DNA from: Eledone cirrhosa
Taxonomy: Eukaryota
Direction of reading: 5' to 3'
Assembly: GCA_964016885.1 (NCBI GenBank)
Contig: OZ024743.1
Location: forward strand, 266,600,001-266,664,000
DNA: 64,000 bases
In this document: piece after piece, positions 54,200-64,000 of the stretch
Position numbering within the stretch: position 1 is the stretch's first letter
How the letters are laid out: each line of letters begins with the position of its first letter
Position numbers and translations under genes: made by a program
Notes under the pieces: generated by a model
The model's input: only the letters and a program-made list of their open reading frames with translations
What the model was told of the DNA's origin: nothing
Database searches by the model: none

Positions 54200-56100
54200 T
54201 ATAATAACTAGAAATTGATTAACATATAAATAAACATGAATAATCACAGGAGATAATTTTTACAAGTGTATAAGCACACATAGCTAGGTAGGTAACTAAA
54301 TAAAGTTAACCAGAACTTCAAAAATAGATACCTTATAATATGATTAATCTTCCCTGTATATATTCCATTAAAGAAATATATTTAACCAATTAATCGAATG
54401 GTAAACCATGGAGGCCGGTACTTGGATTTTCAACAAGGAAGAAGTCCAGCGATCTATGTTTACACTTCAAGTTCAAATCAGCGGCTGGCCAGCAACACGT
54501 GCTGTATCTACTAGAAATACACACATCACACATCATACCAGCTTCGTCACAGTGGCGTGAATAGGGTTATCGACAACTAGAAACAGCAGTCAAATCCTTT
54601 CAACAGAGTTAGCTCTACAATTAAGGAGCCGTATTTATATATCTATATCCAAAATTAAGATAATGAAAATTATGGGTGTCATACCAGAAAGACATGCGCC
54701 ATATCACCCGCAAAATAAGCTCTAAGATTCTAACGAATAGGTCCGAGCATTTTATAATAACTAGAAATTGATTAACATATAAATAAACATGAATAATCAC
54801 AGGAGATAATTTTTACAAGTGTATAAGCACACATAGCTAGGTAGGTAACTAAATAAATTTAACCAGAACTTCAAACATAGATACCTTATAATATGATTAA
54901 TCTTCCCTGTATATATTCCATTAAAGAAATATATTTAACCAATTAATCGAATGGTAAACCATGGAGGCCGGTACTTGTATTTTCAACAAGGAAGAAGTCC
55001 AGCGATCTATGTTTACACTTCAAGTTCAAATCAGCGACTGGCCAGCAACACGTGCTGTATCTACTAGAAATACACACATCATACCAGTTTCGTCACAGTG
55101 GCGTGAATAGGGTTATCGACAACTAGAAACAGCAGTCAAATCCTTTCAACAGAGTTAGCTCTACACTTAAGGAGCCGTATTTATATATCTATATCCAAAA
55201 TTAAGATAATGAAAATTATGGGTGTCATGCCAGAAAGACATGCGCCATATCACACGCAAAATAAGCTCTAAGATTCTAACGAATAGGTCCGAGCATTTTA
55301 TAATAACTAGAAATTGATTAACATATAAATAAACATGAATAATCACAGGAGATAATTTTTACAAGTGTATAAGCACACATAGCTAGGTAGGTAACTAGGT
55401 AACTAAGTTGACCAGAACTTCGAAAATAGACACTTTATAATATGATTAATCTTACCTGTATATATTCCATTAAAGAAATATATTTCATCAATTAATCGAA
55501 TGTTAAACCATGGAGGCCGGTACTTGGATTTTCAACAAGGAAGTTTCGTCAGCTTCGTCACAGTGGCGTGAATAGGGTTATCGACAACTAGAAACAGCAG
55601 TCAAATTCTTTCAACAGAGTTAGCTCTACAATTAAGGAGTCGTATTTATATATCTATATCCAAAGTTAAGATAATAAAAATTATGGGTGTCATGCCATGA
55701 TGTGTGTATTTCTAGTAGATACAACACGTGTTGCTGGCCAGCCGCTGATTTGAACTTGAAGTGTAAATATAGATCGCTGGACTTCTTCCTTGTTGAAAAT
55801 CCATGGTTTACCATTCGATTAATTGGTTAAATATATTTCTTTAATGGAATATATACAGGGAAGATTAATCATATTATAAGGTATCTATTTTTGAAGTTCT
55901 GGTTAACTTTATTTAGTTACCTACCTAGCTATGTGTGCTTATACACTTGTAAAAATTATCTCCTGTGATTATTCATGTTAATCAATTTCTAGTTATTATA
56001 AAATGCTCGGACCTATTCGTTAGAATCTTAGAGCTTATTCTGCGGGTGGTATGGCGCATGTCTTTCTGGCATGACACATAATTTTTATTATCTTAATTTT

Positions 56101-56103
<3 letters not shown>
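54200..56103. repeat. ~550-bp unit in tandem (54200, 54753, 55299) followed by an inverted partial copy (55697-56103)
   Basis: tataataactagaaattg starts each unit; high identity; third unit internally deleted. Confidence 0.93.
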
Positions 56104-56144
<41 letters not shown>

Positions 56145-56274
56145 GCGCGCGTGAGTGTGTGTATAATTGTACCTACGTGTGTATATTAGTTACGTTATGT
56201 ACGTATGTATAGACGTTCCTGTATGCATTTCTCTGGTATTGTCTGTCTCTGTTTAACCTTTGCTCTTTCTCTAT

Positions 56275-56340
<66 letters not shown>

Positions 56341-57099
56341 CTCCCCCTCCCCGTTCTTCTATATTATTCTCAGTGTTTCCGAGTCCGTACATATCTGCCA
56401 GTCTCTCTCATGTATATTCTTTAACTCATCCGTTGTTCCTTTATGTTCTTATACTTCTGTTTCCCCTTATTTTTACCTCCCTTGCTTTCCTCCTGTTTAC
56501 ACTCCTCTTCTTTTTCTCGGGGTTTTCTCTTATTCAGTGTATATCTATCCACCACACTATTGTTCATACCCTTTCCTCTCTCACTGAATTTATCTTAGCT
56601 TTCTCACACTTTTTCTCTTCCATTCTTTCTCGCAAACTATCTTATTCACTCTCCACGTCTATCACCCTCTATCTTTATCCCTCTCTCAATTAGTCTATCA
56701 CACATATACTAATTTAACCCACTTCTTTTTCTCTCTTCACCTTTCAGCACATTTCTTTTCTCATCTCTGCGTCCACCTCTTCTAACTTTTCTTCCAATCA
56801 TCCTCCATCTTTATCTCTCATTTCCCTTTAACTTTTACAATATCTCGCTCACTAACGCTCTCACTATCTCGGTCTCTCTCCACTTATTACTCGTTGTCTG
56901 TCTCTCTTCTACTTTCTCTCTCTATATATATTTATCTTTCTCCCTTTCTGTTGTCATCTCTCTCTTCCCCTCAACTCTCTCTCACATTTCTATTTAACTA
57001 AATGTCCCTGCAGTCTCCTCTCGAGTATTGTTGGCTTAAACAAAAGATATTCAACCCTACATTGTAACTGACAACACCTGACATAGCTTTCAGCTGTAT

Positions 57100-58310
57100 T
57101 AAGAATCACCATTACTATGAACACCACAACGATCGCGATTTCCACCACCATTACCATTATCATCAACACAATCACTACCATTACCAATACTACTACCAAC
57201 CAACACCACCGACATTACCATCCTCATCACCCCCACCGTTACCATTACTATCAACCGAAATACCATTACCTTCATCAACACCATTACTACCATCACAAAT
57301 GCCATTACCATAGACACCATCATTATCCGCACCCTCATTAACAATAATAATGCCACTATTACCACTATCAACAACAACTTTACCACCACCAGTTCTTTGA
57401 CGAGCTCAACTACTGTAATAACCATCACCACAAAAATCCATTACCGCAAGTACCACCACCACCACAAGAACCATTACTACAACAACCATCCCTACAGCAA
57501 CTATCACCAAAATAGCAACCAGAATTAAAACTACCACCCCCACAACATCCATCATCCCAAATACCCACCTACAACCATCATCATCGCAATCACTTCAATC
57601 ACCTAACATACAATCATTAAATCCATCATCGCTTTCACCATTACTGAAACTTTCACCATCTCTATAACTACTATTTTCATTAGCATGGTAGCCACAACCA
57701 CTACCTCACCTTTATCAATCTCACCATCCTCACTTTTATCACAACCACCGAATCACTATCCGCCCACCAACATCACCCGTGCTGTCACCACAGCCAGCAG
57801 TCTACCATGCATGCTAGTGTCCCATCTTCGCGTCACGGATGTTGTACAATGACAAAGCTAAGTCAAATGCAGCTTGGCACTAGTGACCTCACAGTCGAAC
57901 TCAGAACGCCAAAAAAGTATGCCCCTAGGTATCACCACATCCTCAACCATCCCTACTGTTGGTGTTTGTTATGTTGTGTTGATGTTAGAGATGGTGTTGC
58001 TGTTGGTAATAGTAGTGCTGGCGTTGGTGTTGGTGCTGGTGATGGTCTTGATGGTGATGTTGCTGTTGGCGTTGATGTTGTTGGTGAAGTGTTGGTATTT
58101 GTGTTAGTGAAATGATTGATATTGATAATGATGGTGTGTTGTTTGTGTTGTTGGTGTTGGGGTTAGTGTTATTGTTGATGTTAGTGTTGGCGTTGATATT
58201 TGTTTTAGGGTGGGCGTTGATGTTGATGGTGGTGTTGCTGTTAGGGTTGGTGTTAGTGTTGGTGTTGTTGTTAATGCCATTAATAATGTTGCTGTTGCGG
58301 ATGATGTAGG
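57100..58310. repeat. Degenerate trinucleotide low-complexity region: (ACC/ATC/ACT) then (GTT/GGT/GAT)
   Basis: Visible 3-nt periodicity with a strand switch near 57950. Confidence 0.7.
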
Positions 58311-58781
58311 TCTTGGTGTAAAGCAATATTAAGGAGGGTACTAGCTTGAAGATGGCAAGAACAATATAAAGAGCTACATACATGGATGCATAAATAAACG
58401 TAACTGGTGGCGTGGGGACAACACCGTAAAAAGTATTAGCTATAGATCAAAATAAATGAAAGGTGATGATGGAGTTAGCGTGTGAAAAAGGATTAAAATG
58501 AACGTGCGAACTGGTGCCAAGGAGATTATCTCTTCACCTTTGATCTTGTCTAGCTATGTCCTGACATACGGAAAGAAGCTTGTTTTTTTTTCACCGAGAA
58601 AATATGTACTTGATGTTAAGCATAGTCGTTTAATTGAAACTTACGTGTGCATTCTCGACGTCCAGGCACGCACACAGACATGCACTTAGATAGAAGCACA
58701 AAGGTACCCACACGCAAACACACACACACACAAAAACAAACACACACATATATATATATGCATATACAAATATATATTGTT

Positions 58782-58861
<80 letters not shown>

Positions 58862-59341
58862 TGAGCGAGAGAGGAAGCGATAAATAGATAGTGAGATAGA
58901 GAGATATATGCGCGTAAGTGTGTGCATGCATGTGTGTGAGCCTTCGGGCATTTTAATATTCCATTCTGCGAGACAAATTGATTCAAGTCACGAGACCCAG
59001 TCTTTCCGAAAAGAGTAAAGAAATGAAAAGGTATGATGCTGAAGTTAACAGGCTAAGATAAGAACATATCTTCTTTGCATGGTGCATCGCGAATTCATTC
59101 TTTCCGTTTTATTTATTTAACAGTGAACTGTGGTTCATGTTCAGCCACATTCTATTTATGCTAGCTGAGTGAAAAAAAGCAACCCCCGGTAATCGGACTC
59201 ACTTTAACCACTAAACCTCACAAATTCACAGACACATACTATTACTACTACTACTACTAGCTCTACAACCTGATAGGCATAGTGTTCTTCAACTTGCGGG
59301 TGCATTAACCAAGTTCACACACGCACTCATGCACGCACGCT

Positions 59342-59415
<74 letters not shown>

Positions 59416-59422
59416 TATATTT

Positions 59423-59492
<70 letters not shown>

Positions 59493-59751
59493 TTGCGAGG
59501 TTTTTTATATGAAATCGTGTGTCGAAACAGATATTGTTATATTTGGGGAGGGTCATATTTGCGTAATATTGCCAGAATTAATAACAGAACACACTCACTG
59601 TTTGGTTGGTTTTCGCTTCTCGCTGTCTTTTATATATACATATCTGCGATCTAACTTACTCGGTCCTCAATGTTGCCATTGACTGACCGGCGGTCAAAAA
59701 TAATACAGATACAATATAGACAAACACATATATATATAGTTTACATAATTT

Positions 59752-59791
59752 ACATAAATCTTTCGTTGCACATCTGCAACATCGTCAGTGG
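59752..59791 (-). ncRNA. Minimal hammerhead in lineage-B pLTR
   Basis: Minus strand: cca-CTGACGA-t-gttgca/gatg/tgcaac-GAAA-gatt-TA-tgt; short stem I. Confidence 0.7.
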
Positions 59792-60059
59792 TGTTATATT
59801 CATTGTTCCTCCTGTTGTGTTGTATGTCTACGCCATTTTTTTGTTCAGTCTGTCTATATATTTATTTATTTATTTGCTTGTTTGTTTATCTTATTTTATT
59901 TTGTCTTCTCTGCGCATGCGTTTGCGTGTGTGTATAGTGTTATGTGTGATGTGTGACTAGTGTGTATAGTGTTGTGTCTGCTGGGTGACTAGTGTGGGTT
60001 TATGTGCTTGTGTATGTATTTATTTATCTTATTTTATTTAATTTAATTTACTTATTTAT

Positions 60060-61358
60060 TTATACTTCTCTTAGGTCAGTGTTGTTTGTTTGGGTGTTGT
60101 TGTTGTTCCACTCATTCTTTCTGTTTAGCTTTGGTCTTCTAATTTCTATTTCACTGGCCTCTCTGATTTGCCTATCTGCTGGGTCATTCCTATGTTTAGA
60201 TATTATTCTAATTTCTATGTTGTCTATGTTACCGTCATGTTGTTGTCTAGCATGTTCGTATAGTACTGACCCGTTTTTTCGTCCTTTTAGTTCCCCCCAG
60301 TGTTGGTCTATCCTTTCACCTATGCTACGAGCTGTCTCACCTATGTATGTTGTTGTCGTGTTTCTGCAAGTACCCTCTGTACATCTTATGCTATAGACTA
60401 CGTTTCTAGTTTTACAGTTTATCCGGGGGTTCACCTTACATATGATACATTTCCTATTGGTACATTGGGTTTTCTTAAAAGGGTAGGTTTTGCTGATCAG
60501 GGATTTTATGGTGGTTCCTGGCTTTTCTACCACCTTTATTTTTAAGTGGGTCTTTCTCAGGGCCTTTCTACACTGGTTAGCTAATTTCCCTCCAGGGGTG
60601 GCGTCCACAAACATGACACTCTGATATCTCTGGTTGTCGTACCATGATGTGGCCTTCCCTATCTTATGTCTAGCCCTATCTAAGCTATTCCATGATTTGC
60701 TCCTGTATAGTGGGCAAATTCCTTTCATGTCCAGTTCTATGAGGGTCTTATACTTTTCCATGGCTCCTTCGTATACTCTGACTCTGTCTCTTTGGTTGTA
60801 GCCAGAGAACTGCATGCGGTTGATGAAGTGTTGGATGTGTCCTTCCATTTCTGTTGGGTCGCACATGCTGGACACATTCTTCATCACTCGTACCAAATCT
60901 GCGATCAGAATATTAAACTTAGCACTACTGGACATTGCTGAGTTTTTGAGTATCAGGTATTTGGAGGCCATGGGTTTAGCATAGTGTGAGTGGAGAATTT
61001 GAGCTCTCTCGTCTATAGTGTTAATCCAGAGTTCTGTGTCTAATACAGGTAGTCTATTGTTAGGGTGTTTGGAAGGGAAGTATATAGTTACAGTTATACT
61101 CTGGTGTATGGAATTAGCTATCTGCTGGATGCTTTCCATCGTGCTACGTTCTAAATCAAACTTGTTAGTGCTCTCTAGTGGGGGTGTTCTTATAACTATA
61201 TTGATATCGTCTACATAACGAGAGTACATGGTGAGGTCTATGGAGCTTTCATTAAGGAGATCTTTAAGTCTCCTTTCCCACCATACCATGAAAAGGTTGG
61301 CAACATCACCAGCTATGCTGACGCCGATGGCTGCTCCCTCATTTTGGGTGTAGATTTT
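60060..61358 (-). CDS. PLE RT (C-terminal half) plus GIY-YIG endonuclease, ~430 codons without stops, no native start
   Basis: GAAIGVSIAGDVANLFM, YSRYVDD, LPVLDTELW, CTNRKCIIC, NVVYSIRC..YIGETARS..H, EASEI..LNRKNEW. Confidence 0.92.
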   Translation of the reverse strand, partial: KIYTQNEGAAIGVSIAGDVANLFMVWWERRLKDLLNESSIDLTMYSRYVDDINIVIRTPPLESTNKFDLERSTMESIQQIANSIHQSITVTIYFPSKHPNNRLPVLDTELWINTIDERAQILHSHYAKPMASKYLILKNSAMSSSAKFNILIADLVRVMKNVSSMCDPTEMEGHIQHFINRMQFSGYNQRDRVRVYEGAMEKYKTLIELDMKGICPLYRSKSWNSLDRARHKIGKATSWYDNQRYQSVMFVDATPGGKLANQCRKALRKTHLKIKVVEKPGTTIKSLISKTYPFKKTQCTNRKCIICKVNPRINCKTRNVVYSIRCTEGTCRNTTTTYIGETARSIGERIDQHWGELKGRKNGSVLYEHARQQHDGNIDNIEIRIISKHRNDPADRQIREASEIEIRRPKLNRKNEWNNNNTQTNNTDLREV

Positions 61359-61522
61359 CAAAATGTATGGAATTGTTAAATATTTCCCAAATAACATTCT
61401 AATTCATTTGCTGTCCTTTTTGGTTTTTCGCCCCTTGAACACTTTTTTTCACATATTGCTGCCACCATATGTATAGATGCATTGCTATCTAAAATCAACA
61501 GTCTCTCTCTCTCCCTCGCTCT

Positions 61523-61597
<75 letters not shown>

Positions 61598-61763
61598 CCT
61601 CTCTCCCTCTCTCTCTATATATACATTAGTGTCTGCAGTTCTGTTCACATGCCAACACCAGAGCAAGAATGAATGAAGTGTTGATTCTACTGACATGGCT
61701 ATAAAATTGAGGCTTGTTTGCATAATTGCAAACGAATCGAATATTATTATTTATATTCGAAAA

Positions 61764-61955
61764 GGGCGGTGGATTGGCAGTATCGGTAGAGGGTCGGACG
61801 TCATGCTTTCCAGCATAGTTACGTCCCTTTACGATCTGAGTTCAAATCCCGCCGAGGTTCACTTTGCCTTTCATCCTTACGGGGTCGTTAAAATAAAGTA
61901 CCAGTAATGCACTGGGTATTTGCTGGCCTTGTGCCTAAAGTAGAAACAATTATTA
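61764..61955 (+). mobile_element. tRNA-derived SINE with 11-bp target-site duplication
   Basis: ATATTCGAAAA at 61753-61763 and 61956-61966. Confidence 0.93.
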
Positions 61956-62033
61956 ATATTCGAAAAACTCAGATTACATTTATTGTATTCAGCCATGTAA
62001 ATTTTCTTTTATATATATATATATATGTATGTA

Positions 62034-62082
<49 letters not shown>

Positions 62083-64000
62083 TTGTGTGTGTGTCTGTCT
62101 GTCTGTGTGTGTGTGTGTGTGTGAATGAATCAGGAACCCGACGGCTGAGTTCTTGCCGTTTCAACAGCTAATATATATATATAAACATTGATATGAAATG
62201 AATAAATCTGAACACAGTGTGGAAAGGATTTTTAGTATGAACCAGTATGTATAGCGTTAAACAATCTAAACCTTTTCTCCGTTGACAAACTTGTTTATTT
62301 CCGACACGATTGATTGCACAAAACAATCCATCATGTACAATTTGTAATTCACCGTTGCAAGGCAAATGTTTATTTTGTGATAAATATACTTCTTCCACCC
62401 CTCAACACTCTTTATACTGTATACTTTTCATTCTATTTCAGCTGTATTGTAATCTTGTTTTTTGTTCAGTTTATATGTCATATACTTGCAATCTTCATTA
62501 CTCTATTCTAATTTATTCTAATTATATTCTTGAATAATTCAGTAAAATATATTCTAATGTTTTTCTTATCACATTATAACCTGATCCATGTACTATTTTA
62601 CTGTATTGACAATTCTAATTCTATAGTGTTTTATTCTATGCATCTTTTGGAAAGTCTATTCCTTTTTAATTCTATTCTATTCCATTGCATTCTATCACAA
62701 TTTGTTATACTCTATTCTAATCTATTGCATTCTAATTCGAATCTATCGTGTGTTATTGAATTGTACGGTAATTTCCATTCGAATTCTATTCAATTAAGTC
62801 AACATTGTGATGCTATTCAAAAGAAATCATAATCATCTTGCTTCATTCGCCTTTCTATTTCATTCCTTAAGGATCGATAAAACGCGTGCAAGGAAAGCGC
62901 TGTAGAGGATTAGATCGATTAAATCCATGCTCTGAATGAATTATACCTCCATTCCTAGCAAAAAAGCCATTATAAATGTGATACTGAAATGGACCTACTT
63001 CGGTGTCCATGATGAGTGCTGCAGTTATTTAATCAATGGGAATGGCTGTCCATGAAATAATTTTGCCAGTGGCATAGCACTCCACAGACACATACAATTT
63101 TAATATAATTCTTTGAAATGTATCATAACAGAGCATATAACAAGCTTGGCCCCTTAAATTAGGGGTACAGTGAATATGACGGATTACCGAATGGTTTCCG
63201 TTTACCCAATTTCACACTCCAGACTGGGGTCGACTCAAGACTTTGGTTAATGAGAACTTTGTCGCATTGGATCGAACTAATGTTCGTAATGTTTGAGAAT
63301 GAAATGAGTGGTTATTTGAATTTAGTGTCTCTGAAATGAAACTTAGTTTGGGTATCCGATTAAAATTTCAGCATCAGATCTTTTCATGAAATATAATTTA
63401 AGCTTCAAAATAGTGATCGGAAATTGAGTTTACTCTCTATTTCAACTGTTGTTAAACTGTTGATCAGACATACCTGTGCAGATTTATAGATATGAATATT
63501 TCAGCATTGAGCATACTATCTTTTATACACAAAATATATAGAAGACACTCTTTAAGAGAGCTACGTCTAGGAAATTGAGTGATGGCGAGTTTTCACATTT
63601 AATTTAATCTTCTCAGACGTGGCAGTGAAACACGTCCAATAGAAACATTGTTTTTCTTGGTCCAATCTGGAAAGTCTAGTCCGTGTTAATTGCCAATAAT
63701 TAGCACCCGCTTGTTTATGTAGAGGATTGTTCAACATTAATATTTTGAGTTCGGGTTTGAACTCAAATTGTGTATAGCGTTGGATCCAGTATACACTCTC
63801 TTCCAACTTATTATTTCAGCAGATTTATATTTCAAATATTAAATCATTAGCTTTTCTTTCGATCGAAAGCAAGCGAAGATATTTGATAATAGAAGGACGA
63901 CACAAAGAGCAAAAGTTGAAAACGTTTGCTTCTGGCATTATTTTTCTCTTTAAAGAATGCATATACTGATGTAGCTTTTGGATGCAATTAACACAAAGCA

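Larger units (their letters stand above)
59490..61358 (-). mobile_element. 5'-truncated PLE, lineage B, with pLTR running into the next ORF start
   Basis: Uninterrupted RT-EN frame, 3' UTR, HHR, then ATG MTLPKYNN (59556) and (TA)n. Confidence 0.92.

Noticed and set aside
57099-58383. His-, Thr- or Val-rich ORFs as host exons
   Set aside because: Degenerate trinucleotide repeats with no splice or domain evidence.
63005-63070. ATGATGA..GAAA hammerhead-like candidate (similar weak ones at ~16578 and ~39624)
   Set aside because: Core mismatches and no convincing stem I; expected by chance in AT-rich DNA.

Overview
AT-rich eukaryotic non-genic DNA. The SINE families and extreme (TA)n/(CA)n/(CT)n load suggest a cephalopod (octopus-like) genome; that is inference. 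I see no host protein-coding gene; most short ORFs are microsatellite translations. The window is a nest of Penelope-like retroelements (PLEs; RT plus C-terminal GIY-YIG endonuclease) from at least three lineages, plus a 5'-truncated RTE LINE, an old APE-LINE remnant, tRNA-derived SINEs and two minisatellites. Reading by eye I find about 25 type-I hammerhead ribozyme (HHR) motifs, intact or degenerate, from 10 or more sequence families, mostly in pseudo-LTR (pLTR)-like modules sitting in (TA)n tracts. Several have unusually long or branched stem II (up to ~116 nt). There are also about ten fold-back palindromes and larger inverted repeats, including a ~3 kb pair. One turning point sits at a predicted HHR cleavage site, one at a predicted transcription start, and one recurs at the same internal hairpin in two copies. 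All folds and alignments were done by eye; clade names are tentative.
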